Assembly: GCF_004010195.1 (NCBI RefSeq)
Contig: NC_057719.1
Span: forward strand, 35,335,596 to 35,390,582
Origin: Chiloscyllium plagiosum
Taxonomy: Eukaryota
Direction of reading: 5' to 3'
Length of the DNA stretch: 54,987 nucleotides
This document shows positions 13,280 through 25,967 of this stretch, piece by piece (the stretch's first letter is position 1; every line of letters begins with the position of its first letter). The translations under genes and the position numbers were made by a program. The notes below the pieces were generated by a model, which saw only the letters and a program-made list of their open reading frames with translations, searched no databases and had not been told where the DNA came from.

Positions 13280-14420
13280 TAGCTGCAAAACTTTTCCCAG
13301 CATCCCTCACCCCTCACATTTCATCGAGGCATGCTACGCTTCCTTGTGATCATTCTCCAGTGCCTCTGTGCCCAATGCAGCTAATCTTATAGGGCACAGA
13401 ACTGAAAGAATCCCAAAGTGTGTAGATCAGTAGATCTACAGTACACTAGAGTAGAGAACCCCTGACCAATTTTTCAACGAGGAGATTAAATAAGGCGAGC
13501 TCATTTGACCGTTCCATTTCAAACCTGAATTTGCCATTGATGAAAGGAAATTTTTTCGTGCAGCTGCAGATTCAAATACAGCAAGCGTATCATCAACATG
13601 AAATTTGCTTCATATGAATCTGCAGCTGAATGTAAGAATTTCCGTAAATGTCTTAACACGCTTCACCTTATGTTCAAATTCACATTTCAAATGGAAATCA
13701 AAATGTCCTAGTTGAACTATAAACTTACCTTCACTAGTCAATATATACATTCGGATTCCCACAGATCTATGTCCTACAATATTGGCCTCATTAGCAACCA
13801 CATATTTGAGGCCAAAGCGGACTGTTCAATGTGCAAACCTGATGCTGAAATAACATGCATCAAAGCCATCCTTTGGTTTCCCTGATTTGGTGCTATTTCA
13901 CTTAATATTATGCAAATTTAGGAAAGGTTTAAAACTTGATCGTGAAAATTGCTCAGTCTACCTTCAGTTACGCTGAGTGGGTAAGGTAATTCAAACATTT
14001 GAGCAACAGTGATAGGATGCTGTTTTTAAGTCAACGAGATGTTCTGTCCTTCTCACAAATGAGTAATGCTGGATATGCATCAGTGCTAGTGTGATGCCAA
14101 GTATGTAGGCTATAGGTTCCACATACTGGCGGAATGTATCAGACTGTATTAAACTTTCAGCTGTTCACAGAAAGTGCTATATTGATTGTACCAAACTAGA
14201 ACAGCAATTGTAAAATTTGCAATGCTGTCTAACATTAGGTGTGATTCTACAACTGAACAATTTACTGGATAATCCAGAATATGAAACGAACTATACAGGC
14301 ACCAAGTTTAGCGTTGACAGTTTTACCTGCAGAGGGTAGTGCAAGTTCTGGAACTTACATGTGTTGATGCCCAGGGACTTGTTCTTTGCAGGCAGAAAGT
14401 GGTGGTATACATATTACACC
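13280..14420. mobile_element. Old Penelope-like element: RT fragment on minus strand (13280-13600) back-to-back with RT/GIY-YIG remnant on plus strand (13612-14420)
   Basis: Minus: HVDDTLAVFESAAARKNF..FRFEMERSNEL. Plus: ESAAECKNFRKCLNTLH..FKFTFQME..SYNIGLISN, and a LLDNPE..VLCRQK-like C-terminus. Confidence 0.7.
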
Positions 14421-15321
14421 TATTTCAATTTAACAAAAATGTGTGACAGCCATTTATTAGTTCATTTCTCAGGGCAGTGCTCTGACCCAGAAACAATCTG
14501 TCTGGTTTTAAATTTAAACAAAGATTTGCTGTCACGCATCAATCAGCACTAATGCATACATTCTCCTGTGCTACAGGAAAAAGGCCGAGAATGGGAACAG
14601 GGTCGCTTTGCAGAGGAATGGGCATGAACGTAACAGCCGAATGACATCCTTGCGTGCTGTGACCACCCTGCAATCCTATATTTTAAGCTGACATGCTATG
14701 TTTAACTTTTGCAGAACCTTGATACCATAACATTGGCACATCTGACTCTGATTCTTCAAACGTTTTATATAAATTGAACAAAACTCTCCGTTATTTCCCT
14801 CTAGAAGCAAACCGAAGTGCTTTGATGATTCATTTAATGATCTCGTTAACTGGAACGGGAAATCCAAGTTTACAACTGCAGCATTGTTCTGATCTCTCCT
14901 ATAAGGATACTGACACACTGCAGCTCCTTTTTGAAGTAAACATATGACTGGGGCAGGGAGGGGTAATGTGACAGACGTCTTTAAGGTTATCGTAGTTTTG
15001 ATCAGGTAGACAGAGAGACGTTTACACTTGGAGATCAGAATAGAAATTGGGTCATTAAAATAATTTCTTATAAATCTAATGGGGAAATCTAGTGAAACCA
15101 CTTTACTCAGACAGTGGTGTTTATGTGGAAGCCGCTACTACAAGTAGTAGTAAAAACATGCAAAAACATGAGACTTGTTGATGAGGTCAGAAGAAGTGGT
15201 GGAAGGATGTGTATGCGTGATGCAGAGATATCTGCATGATCTTATTGGGACAGACAGCAAATTACTGGATCAGTGGTGCTGGAAGAGCACAGCAATTCAG
15301 GCAGCATCCGAGGACAGGCAA

Positions 15322-15357
15322 AATCGACGTTTCGGGCAAAAGCCCTTCATCAGGAAT
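15322..15357 (-). ncRNA. Minimal type-I hammerhead ribozyme motif, family A, intact core
   Basis: Minus strand: attc CTGATGA a gggc tttt gccc GAAA cg TC gatt. Confidence 0.75.
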
Positions 15358-15425
15358 AAAGGCAGAGAGCCTGAAGCGTGGAGAGATAAGCTAGAGGAGG
15401 GTGGGGGTGGGGATAGAGTAGCATA

Positions 15426-15832
15426 NNNNNNNNNNNNNNNNNNNNNNNNNNNNNNNNNNNNNNNNNNNNNNNNNNNNNNNNNNNNNNNNNNNNNNNNNNN
15501 NNNNNNNNNNNNNNNNNNNNNNNNNNNNNNNNNNNNNNNNNNNNNNNNNNNNNNNNNNNNNNNNNNNNNNNNNNNNNNNNNNNNNNNNNNNNNNNNNNNN
15601 NNNNNNNNNNNNNNNNNNNNNNNNNNNNNNNNNNNNNNNNNNNNNNNNNNNNNNNNNNNNNNNNNNNNNNNNNNNNNNNNNNNNNNNNNNNNNNNNNNNN
15701 NNNNNNNNNNNNNNNNNNNNNNNNNNNNNNNNNNNNNNNNNNNNNNNNNNNNNNNNNNNNNNNNNNNNNNNNNNNNNNNNNNNNNNNNNNNNNNNNNNNN
15801 NNNNNNNNNNNNNNNNNNNNNNNNNNNNNNNN
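15426..15832. other. Assembly gap (407 N)
   Basis: Run of n characters. Confidence 1.
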
Positions 15833-17464
15833 GGGGTGTGGACCTGACCAGGTAGTCACGGAGGGAGCGGTCTTTGCGGAAGGCGGAGAGGGGAATATAT
15901 CCCTGGTGGTGGGGTCTGTTTGGAGGTGGCGGAGATGTCGGGGGATGATTTGGTTTATGCGAAGGTTGGTAGGGTGGAAGGTGAGCACCAGGGGCGTTCT
16001 GTCCTTGTTGCGGTTGGAGGGGTTGGGTCTGAGGGCGGAGGTGCAGGATGTGGATAACTTGTTTAACATTTGCTATTCCTTAACCATTTGATTTTGAGTT
16101 ATCTTTTGAATAATTCAACAGCATCGCAATTTCCTCTCATCTATTTGCTGCTGAAAGGTTTGTAAAAAGAAACCTCCAATATTCCCTCTGGCCAAATTTC
16201 ACTGTTAGTCAATAAACCTAAAATTATCTCCAAATCTTTTTTTTTTTTACAATTCATCTCACTTGACTGCACTACCAATTTATTAATAATCCATTCCTTG
16301 CCTTCATTTCCTATATTACTTCTGTTGTCCAGGATTACTCTTTTCCATGGTTAACCTTCCCTTTTTGGCTGTGACTGTGCTTGCTATATCCAGTGTATAA
16401 TATTTCTGAACATAAGCTACTCTTTCTTCAATGCTTTATCCTCAAAACAGTGCTCTCCTCATTCTCACCATCTCAAAATATGCCTTTTGTCATTTAATAT
16501 TCCTTGCCTTCCACCTTATCACAGACAATTCTTTTGTTCTTCCTCCAACCAAAACCCTCCCTTTGCTTCTGTACTTGCTTAAAACATTTTTGATTCTTCT
16601 TTCCGATTCTGGGAATCAAACTTCAGAAAAGATATGCTTATCTTCAGATGGGTACATCATTAATACACCAAAATCAGACCTATTGTGATTATGTAAGTAA
16701 TTGCTACGCAGGAAAAGGTAAATTTAAGAAATGCTCACAAATCATCAACTAAACACCAATATATTTTTAAAAGAAATAGAACCATACAAACGTTGTGACT
16801 TAGAAAGAGGCCATTCAGCGTAGTGTGTCTGCACCAACCCAAAATAAAATTGCCTATTTAAGCAGGTTATAGTTTTCAGGTGCAGATCCAGCCATCTTCT
16901 AGGACTTGAGAATTTCCATAGATCAGAATGAATTTTAGTTTTTAAATATTTGTGACAGTGAGACATTACTTACAAATCAGCAAGAGAATGAAGACAGTGT
17001 ATGCGATAGAGAATGACATTGACCTCAAGAATACTGGAAACATACTGTTTATGGAATCTTATTGAATCTTTCGTTTTTAAGTAGTTTTATTTATCCAAAT
17101 TAATTTTGACTAGTATCACCAATCTGCTTCATCGACCATTAAACACTCTCAACTAATATAACAAGACTCAACAGTTTTGTATTATTGCATAATTTCAGTA
17201 ACATAATTACACTCAATTTTTTATGCCGTGGTAATTAACACCAATCATTACATTTCCTAGATGGATATGCCTTTTGAAATTAGAGTACATTAAGTTTTTG
17301 CTGTTATCCTTTATCTTTTGAACATTGTGTATAATTTAACACTCCCTCTGTGAGGCAAAGAATATTGTTAAAAAAAATCATTCTTGCAGGTATCTTTATA
17401 CAACATGGAATGAGATAGTCATTTCTCATTTTTATTTTTGTTTTTTTTAAAATTGTTTTTACAA

Positions 17465-18350
17465 AAGGAGACTATTTGAACCATTATGTCTGAACCAGCT
17501 CCTGAAAGAGCTATCCAACTAGTCCCACTCTCAAACCCTATCTCCATAATCCCCTAACTTCATCACTTTTAAATATCTGTCCAGCTCTCTTTTGAAATCT
17601 CCTGTGGAATCCACTTTCATCACTCTCTCAGGCAGCGTGTTCCAAATTCCAGCAGTTCTGAATAAAGACATTTCTCCTCATCTTACAGCTCTCTTGCTGA
17701 CAATCTTGAAATTGTGATCCCTGGTTATTGACATATCAACCAATGAAAACAGTATTCTGTTTTCCTTCTTTAACCTGCCAAAATTGTTCCTAATTTGAAA
17801 AACTCAATAGGATCACCCACTTAATCTTCTCTGCTCTCCAAAAGATCTCTCTAATTGTTCCTTGTATCTAAACTCCCTTATTCCTGATATTATTCTAGTA
17901 AAGCTCATTTGAACTCCTCCAGGGCTTTAACATACTTCCTTAAATAAAGGTACCCAGAACTGAACACAAAACTCGAAATATGAATTGACCAACGATTTGT
18001 AGTTGTGTAACATCATTTTATAATCCATGCCTCTATAAAGGCTCCAAAAGCTTTCTTATCAACTCTTTCAACTTGCCTAGCCACCTTCAGAAACTCATAC
18101 ACGTTAATCCCAAAGTCCCTCTGCTCCTGTACTCCTTTCGAAGATGTACCATTGAGCCTGAAGTGCCTCTCTAGGTTCGTTCTACCAAAATGCATTAACT
18201 CACATTTCTCTGCATTGAAATTCATCTGGTAAGTGTCTGCCCATTTAACCAGCTTGTCAATGTCCCTCTGAAGTCACTCAACACCATCAACATAATTCAC
18301 TATTCTCCCAAGCTTAGTATCATTTGCAAATTTAAAGATTTTGCCTTCAA
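17465..18350 (-). mobile_element. Old CR1 LINE 3' fragment
   Basis: ORF MNFNAEKCELMHFGRTN..QEQRDFG, and a KFANDTKLG motif at about 18310-18335. Confidence 0.8.
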
Positions 18351-18547
18351 AACCCATCTGCAATTCTAGCCTGAGCCTCTCTCCTAGAGATATTCTTCTT
18401 GATTTTTATTGCTATTATTATTTCAGTAAGCATCATATACCTCCTTTTTCTTATTTATTTTCTTATCAATATCCTTAGCCATCCAGGATACTATAGCTTT
18501 TGATATCCTGTAATTATTTCTCATGGGTATATACCTAGCTTGCATGT

Positions 18548-18880
18548 GGGGCGGCATGGTCGCTCAGTGGTTAGTACTGCTGCCTCATAGCACCAGGGAC
18601 CCAGGTTCGATTCCTGCCTCAGGCAAATGTCTGTGTGGGGTTTGCACATTCTCCCCTTGTTTGCATAGGTTTTCTCTGAGTGCTCTGGTTTCCTCCCATA
18701 ATCTGAAGATGTGCAGGTCAGGTGAATTGACCATGCTAAATTGCCCATAGTGCTAGGTGTATTAGTCAGGGGTAAGTATAGGGTAGGGGAATGGGTCTGG
18801 GTGAATTACTCTTTGGAGGATCGAAGTGGACTTGTTGGGTTGAAGGGCCTGTTTCCATACTGGAGGGAATCAAACTAATC
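18548..18880 (+). mobile_element. HE1-type SINE, full length
   Basis: A/B boxes, V-domain and CR1-like tail, colinear with the 4859-5175 copy. Confidence 0.9.
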
Positions 18881-19310
18881 TCCTTTTTTGAAATTCTCCC
18901 ATGTTTCATCCACGGTTTTATCTGCCAAATGTGTTTCCAATCAATTGGTTCCAGTTCAATAATTAGACCCCTAAGATCTGCTCTTTTCCAGTCTGGGATG
19001 TTAATCATTGACTGATTTTTATCCTTTTCCAAATAATATTGAACCTTATATATGGTGAACATTCCCAAATGCTCCCCAACTCTGACTTTCTCCACTTGGC
19101 CTGACTCATGTCAGAGTTCTTTTTTAACTGAATTTTGATTTTGAAGTTCTACTTTTGTGGACTACATTTATTTTTGTGGACACAAATGTTTTTGAATGTA
19201 GGAGAACAATTGATTTACGTTTGCCAAAAGTAAACATGGATAATAAAAAGTAGGCAGACTAACTTAAACTGCGCAATGACAAAGTTCATTCCTCATTCTA
19301 TGACACTTAC

Positions 19311-19493
19311 TTCTTCATTAAAAAGTTTGCTAGTCTCTTTCTTTACAGGGTCTATAAGTTGAACCTGTCCTGCAGAGAAGCCCACAAGTAGGGAGACACT
19401 TTCTGCAGTAGCTGTCAAATGGTTGAAATCATGGCAGGTGGGCTGTGTTCCTTTGTAAATCCGCTTGTCTATAGGTTTACTTAAATCTGCAGC
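19311..19493 (-). CDS. WDR20: WD repeat-containing protein 20, internal coding exon (exon 2 equivalent), 61 codons, phase 0/0
   Basis: The minus strand reads ttcttag|GCTGCAGAT...AATGAAGAA|gtaagt, with a canonical AG acceptor after a polypyrimidine tract and a GTAAGT donor. Translation AADLSKPIDKRIYKGTQPTCHDFNHLTATAESVSLLVGFSAGQVQLIDPVKKETSKLFNEE matches, from memory, vertebrate WDR20 almost residue for residue. No other WDR20 coding exon was found in the window. Confidence 0.96.
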
Positions 19494-20154
19494 CTAAGAA
19501 AGAAAAAGGAATATCAATTATTTTTATTTCTTTATTAGTCACTAAGGTATAAAAAGACTTCTACGAAATATTTTCTAAAGTTCCAAATTTGAAAAACATG
19601 TGCATGCTAATTTTACTTATAGAATATTGCATCCTTCAGCAACAAACGTTAACATTGCTCAAAACAAAAGCAAGCTATGCCAAAAATCTGAAATATCAGA
19701 GAAGAGAATTAAAACACTTTAAAAGTTTCAAGTCAATGACATGATCTCTGGAATATTTCCAAATTTTGTTTCAATTCAATTTCCCTAACTCAAACACACT
19801 GCGAAGTAACAATTTTGGAATCAAAAGATGAAATCCAGAAACTAGTGAAAATCATAAACAGCTATGTGGGTAAGGGAATGGGTGAGGAGAAAAGTTGATA
19901 ATTGTTGAGCAATTTTCTCCAGTGATAACTTCTTAAACTAATTTCATATCGCACGATTTAAAATTGTTGAAGTTTTATGGACTCTTATGATTTATTCCTT
20001 TCCTCAAAACAAATAATTGGAACCAAACCATATTTACCTTGGACAAACAAAGTAATTTGCATTTTCAATACTAGCTGCTTAATTTTAAAAAAAGGCACAG
20101 AAACAAACTTCTGTATGTTTCTTTAATAAAGTTTAGCCAAATAATACGGAGTTT

Positions 20155-21218
20155 CAGGATTGAAGGCGATTTAACGGTTTGAATCAGAAATTGGCTAGCT
20201 GAAAGGAGAGAGAGGCTGTTGGTTGGGAAATGTTCATCCTGGAGATCAGTTACCAGTGCTGTGCTGCAAGGATCTATTTTGGAGCCATGGCTGTTTGTCA
20301 TTTTTATAAATGATCTGGATGCAGGCGTAGAAGGATGGGTTCTTAAATTTGCAGATGACACTATGGTGGGCAGAGCTATGGATAGTGCCGAAGGATGTTG
20401 TAGGTTACAGAGGGACATAGATAAGGTGCAGAGCTGGGCTGAGAAGTGGCAAATGGAGTTTAATGTGGAAAAGTGTGCGGTAGTTCACTTCAGAAGAAGT
20501 AACAGGAATGCAAAGTACTGGGTTCACGGTAAAATTTTGGCAGTGCAGATGAACAGAGAGAACTCTGCGTCCAGGTGCATAAATCCCTGAAAGTTGCCAC
20601 CCAGGTCGATAGGGTTGTTAAGAAGGCATATGGTGTGATTGCGTTTATTGGGAGGGCGATTGAGTTTGAAGCCACAAGGTCATGCTTCAGCTGTACAAAA
20701 CACTGGGAACGCCGCACCTGGAGTATTATGTACAATTCTGATCACCACATTATAGGAAGGATGTGGAAGCTTTGGAAAGGGTTCAGAGGAGATTTAATAG
20801 GATGTTGCCTGGTATGGAAGGAAGGTCTTACAAGGAAAGACTGAGGGAACTGAGGCTGTTTTCGTTGGAAAGAAGGAGGTTGAGAAGTGACTTAATTGAG
20901 ACATGATAGATAGGAAGGACAGTGTGAGCCTTTTTCCTCAGATGGTGAAGACTAACACAAGGTGACATAGCTTTAAATTGAGGAGTGATAGATTTAGGAC
21001 AGATACCAGGGGTAGTTTCTTTACTCAGAGAGTAGTAGGGGCATGGAAAAGCCTGCTTGCAACAGTAGTAAACTAACCAACATTTAAATGGGCATTGGAC
21101 ATACATATGGATAATAATGGAACGGTGTAAGTTAGATGGGCATCAGATTAATTTTTCAGGCTGGTGCAACGTCGAGGGCCAAAGGGCCTGTACTGCGCTG
21201 TAACATTCTATGTTCTAT
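20155..21218 (+). mobile_element. CR1 LINE, 5'-truncated (RT C-half to 3' tail)
   Basis: ORF VTSAVLQGSILEP.LFVIFINDLD..KFADDT..WQMEFNVEKC, with a ttctatgttcta tail. Confidence 0.9.
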
Positions 21219-23214
21219 AATAGGAAACATTTATATCTACAACACAGTAATGTACCTAGAATTCAAAAAACTGTTTCAAGCATCTGTGCTGAATGCAAAA
21301 TTTAAGGATGCCTACTTCAAGATATTCTAATTATGTTGAATATGGTAAAGTCATACTGATAGATATCACATTTTTTTAATCGAATAAAGTTACATAAAAA
21401 TCAATACGCTTTAATTCATTTCAATTAATGCATTTGAATTTTACTGTGTCATGTTTTACTTCTTTCCCCCTTCAATTATGTTTTAATTTTTACTTTTACT
21501 AAGCTGTCACATGCAGCCAATCTGAAGATTCTCTTTCAGTAATACTAAGTTTCCTACTGCTGCAAAGTGTGACATAGAATTTCTTGGTTCTTGAAGGCAG
21601 CAATCAGAAAATTGCTGTATAAAGTGACGTATCAACTTAAAGAAATGGGAACACAAGTCCTTTAAAATTATAATGATGCTGCTGTAAAACAACTATAGAA
21701 ATATCAGACATTGAATTTAAGATGCAAATGAGATAAGTGTCTACTAATTTTCGCCGAATAGGAGAGTTGTGGCAAAATTGAGATCAATGTCATTCAGGTC
21801 AATTTAGTGACCACATTAACAGAACACAGCTACCAGAAATTCTCTGATCTAGATTTCAAAGATAAACACTTCGATATTCAATATATTATATCAATGTAAA
21901 GATATTTTAAGTATTTACCAAAAATACTTACATATTAAAAGACTTAGCACATTCTCTGGAATAAAAAGGAGCAATTTTATTCAATAAAAGGACGACAGTC
22001 AAACAGTCCTCGTGGTTGTGTGCTAAACTCCAAGCTTATTCAGGTTCAAATAACCATGGCAACCATCAAGAAAGTTTTGTTGTTACTGTACTCAGTGTTG
22101 AATGCTAGGCATTTTGACTGCACAGAGATGCTTTGCTCCATTTCCACTTCAAGACAGAAGTAAACCAGTTCCACTTTACTCAAAAAAAGTCTGCTTAAAT
22201 CCAGGAATCAGCATTGTATTACCCTAACCAGAAAGGGAATTACCAAAGGTAGTGCAGAAACTTAACAGAAGAAATACACAAGTTTAGGTGGATTCACAAA
22301 CTATTCAATCCAAGAGGAAAACTAAACAACTTTTCATTGCAAGACAAAATCTACCCATTTTTCAAAATTAATTTATTTAATATGGAATGTGGGTATTGTG
22401 AGCTAGGTCAGCATTTATTACACATCCTAAGTGAAATCAAGAGTCAACCTCATTGCTGTAGGTCTGGATTGCATACAGGCCAGATGGAAGATTTCCTTCC
22501 TTAAAGGGATTTTGTTTCCCCCATATGACATAGATATTGCTGGCTGAACCAACATTTATTTACGCCAATTTACCCAGAGTCAAGTACTTTGCCTAGTTTG
22601 GAGTGACAAATTGGCCAGATCAGGCAAATATGGCAAATTTTGTTCCCTAAAAGAAATTGATAAACCAGATGGGTTTTTACAACTATCAACCATGGTTACA
22701 TGGTTACAATTAAAGAAGTTTATTTTAAAGTTCAGATATTTATTGAATTTAAACTTCAGAGTCCGTCATGGCATATCATCAACCTGAGGCTAGCTTTTTA
22801 TCCCATGTCCTGGTCTACTTACAAAGTCAGACAGTGCAATGCTGAGGTGATATGGTGAAGTTGACAGTTTAGATGGATATCAAATGGGCCAAAAGGGAAT
22901 TTCCACTTTTCACCTTGCAGCAGTTTTAATAGAACAGGCAGTAAGTGTGAACTATAAACCATCGTCAAACCTGATTTTGGATTCTGTGATGAAAAAAACT
23001 GGGATACAAATGGTAAAAAGAGATGATATCCATTATGCTAAGGTTATTCTTGTTTCACTATAATTGGCAGGTTTTTCAAGTTTTTAACACTGTTTCAGCT
23101 CTGACATATTGACTTAAAGCAAGGAGATGTAGATAATGATTAGAATACTATTTGAACAATAGGAAACCATAAAACAGAAATTTACAGATCTGAAACTGTT
23201 AACAGTTACTTCAC

Positions 23215-23830
23215 ACAAACAAAGATGGTTGTAGTTGAAGGTCGATCATCTTAGCCCCAGGATGTCCCTATAGAAGTTCCTTGGTGTAGTATCCTAGGCC
23301 CAACCATCTTCAGTTTCTTCATCAAAGATCTTCCCTCCATCATAAGGTCAGATGGGGGAAAGTGGGTATATTCGTTGACAATTGCAGAATGCTCAGCACC
23401 ATTTGCAAATCTTTTGATACTGAAACAGTCTATGTCTAAATTCAGCAAGATCTGGACAAAATTCAGGCTTGGGCTGACAAATGGCAAGTACCTGGTGCAG
23501 GCAATGATCCTATCTAACAAAAGAGAATCCAATTATTGTCCCATGATAGTCAATGGCATGATCGTTACTGAATTCCCCACGATCAATATCCTGGGGATTA
23601 CCAGAGAAGCTAGTTTGGACCAGTTAAATAAATATTTTGGCTGCAAGAGCAGATTGAAAGACACTTTCAACATTCACTCCCTCCATTACCAATGCAAAGT
23701 ACTACCTACAAGATCCACCACAATTCACCAAGGTTCCTTAGTAAGCACTTTGCAAACAAATGAACTCTTCTACCTAGGAAGCCAAGAGCAGATGCATATG
23801 GACACCACACTGCAAGCATCCCCCTCCAGC
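23215..23830 (+). mobile_element. CR1/L2-group LINE RT fragment (second family)
   Basis: gaagttccttggtgtagtatcctaggcccaaccatcttc (GVPQGSVLGPTIF-like) and downstream homology to 2140-2508. Confidence 0.7.
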
Positions 23831-24460
23831 AAAACACCATGTGTGAATGGAGGAGAAACATGACTCCATCATTCCCCCGCCTTTCCAATGGCTTCACCTA
23901 TAGCATCATCTACACCTTTAAACTACTACGATATGCCAATTCAGAATCCAAAAAATGCACCACTTCTTTTATGGCAAGCAAGCACAAAGTTAACTTGGAA
24001 TGCTCCTTCCATAACTTTGGTCCCCAGATTACAGAATTTAAGGATATCATGTACATCAGGGTATACATTTCAACAATAAATCAGAACCCCAGTCACATTT
24101 AAACCAGGTCAAATAATGGCATGTGAGAGTTTTTATATTTTCATAAACTGGGGGATAGGCAAAGAAAAAGAAAAGGATGTAAATGGTACCTAGAATCATT
24201 AGAGTGATAGTTGTGAATTTATTACCAAAAGAAAATCATTCCATCCAAAGAATTTCATATACACATCTTCAAAGATGATTACATCATTCAAACTTTTAAC
24301 ACTCCTTCATATAAACTTGACACGATATAAGCAGACGAAAATAACATGCAATTTAAAAAAAATCATAAAAATTGGTGCAGTGTAGAATTTGCTTTCTATG
24401 TTTAAAGATTATCATTTGGACATAGAGAACCAATGAACTACATAAAATGCTTAACATATA

Positions 24461-24938
24461 CAGCAAACTTTGTTTTAATCAGCTTCTCATGAACCAGTAC
24501 TCTTGATAAATGGGCAAAAAATTACATATCTCAAATACCACGAAGTTTACTGTATTATTCTATCCAATTATTATAGTTTTTCAAAATTTATTTACCTCAA
24601 CGTAAGTATACTTGTTGCTCAATTGTACAACTGCATGAAATATCAGCAGTTGATTCAATTTTGGGTCAACCCCTCAAATACCACCATGTCTGAGTAGTCA
24701 ATTGAGGGTGCGAGTGAGAAGGCTCTCAGCTGCTATGTTTTATTTTAGGCAAAGTTGCACACTATTTAAGTTGCAAATAAAGTATAACAGTGATGTGTAT
24801 ACCCCCTGCATTACGTTTCTATTTCTTCGTATGCGCTTTTACATTGTTTATGTGGGTCTTTTGATAAACTTGTATGGAATACTTAATCAATTGGCACATT
24901 CCTGGTCCCGTAGATGCCAGATAATATAAAGTTTACTG
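24461..24938. mobile_element. Ancient Tc1/mariner (Tigger-like) non-autonomous DNA transposon
   Basis: TA|cagcaaactttgttttaatcagcttctcatgaaccag versus the reverse complement of the right end TA|cagtaaactttatattatctggcatctacgggaccag. This gives imperfect ~37-bp TIRs with TA on both sides. Confidence 0.5.
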
Positions 24939-25284
24939 TATTAATTCAAGCAAGTGCAACGTATTTTGATGGGAAAAAATTGGTTATTTCAACAAACAGT
25001 TGAGGCCTGGTGATAGCAGTCATTGAAGAGAGGTTATAACTTTTGGGTTTTCAACCAGTTATTCTTCCAAATTTAAAATTACCAGTCACCCCTGTTCCTA
25101 CAGTCTGTGATCCCCTTGATCTGGAGAACAAGTTTTACTGACTAGTATCAAGCTAAATGCAGAGTTTGGAAATTTTGCGTTCACCATTGATGTTCTCCTT
25201 ACTTAACAGGATGGATTATTCCCAAAAAAAAGCATATATTTTATATGCCAAAATTAACCTGCGCTGCCTTGTATGTACTTTGTT

Positions 25285-25880
25285 AAAAATCACACAAAAA
25301 CAGGTTACAGTCCCACCAGTATATTTGGACGCACAAACTTTCGGAGCGCTCCTCCTTCATCGGGTAGCCAGTGGGGCAGGATCATAGGACACAGAATACA
25401 TTGTAAAAGATCAAAATGTCAAACAACTTATGTGATGTATTGAACAAACTAAGATTGTGTTAAGTCTTTAATCACTTAGAATGAGTTACAGGTTTTGATT
25501 CATTAATATGTAAATCCCAGAACTTTAATTTAAAAAAGAGTGACATCTCAGCTCAGACAATGCATTAAAGGTGTGAGGTTTGAGTCTAGGAGAAAGTGAA
25601 GACTGCAGATGCTCGAGATCAGAGTCAAAAAGTGTGGTGCTGGAAAAGCACAGCCAGTCAGGCAGCAACCGAGGAGCAGGAGAGTTGATATTTTGAGCAA
25701 AAGCTCTTCATCCTGATAACAGCTTATGCCCGAAACAGCCACTCTCCTACTCCTTGGATGCTGCCTGACTGCCTGTGCTTTTCCAGCACCACACTTTTTG
25801 ACTGTGAGGGTAGAGTCTATCTGTATTACAACCTCAAGTCAGACCAGTTCTATTTCCAAAGTAGGAATTTATAAAATGTC
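25285..25880 (-). mobile_element. PLE family B terminal region containing a nested family A fold-back doublet (25589-25802)
   Basis: Homologous to 2510-2900. The nested unit is flanked by tgtgagg[tt/gt]..gagtcta repeats at 25572-25588 and 25803-25819. Confidence 0.75.
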
Positions 25881-25967
25881 ATAGTTATCTCTTCTGGGAT
25901 ATAAGTGACCTATACAAGAAGGACTGATTGCACCTGAATTGGAATCTGATTGCACCTGAATAGACCC

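Larger units (their letters stand above)
15266..16052 (-). mobile_element. Penelope-like element family A, 5'-truncated, spanning the assembly gap
   Basis: Minus ORF NKDRTPLVLTFHPTNLRINQII.RH.RHLQTDPTTRDIFPSPP resembles the PLE RT-to-GIY-YIG linker. The terminal repeat with hammerhead lies at 15266-15425. Confidence 0.85.

Noticed and set aside
13271..13801. Additional WDR20 exon (gtaag donor at 13271-13275; ORF 13610-13801)
   Set aside because: The sequence is explained by Penelope RT homology and shows no WDR20 similarity.
14676..15101. 141-aa minus-strand ORF
   Set aside because: It is antisense to a decayed CR1 3' fragment, with no recognisable domain or splice context.
15175..16069. 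226-aa and 239-aa ORFs
   Set aside because: Their length is an artefact of reading through the 407-N gap, and the flanks are Penelope sequence.
17465..21218. Nearest inverted CR1 pair as a circRNA driver
   Set aside because: The two copies are different, old subfamilies with visibly low identity, so stable pairing is unlikely.
24600..24720. H/ACA snoRNA (two hairpins plus ACA on the minus strand)
   Set aside because: There is no ANANNA H box between the hairpins, the pocket spacing is poor, and the region lies inside a probable DNA transposon.
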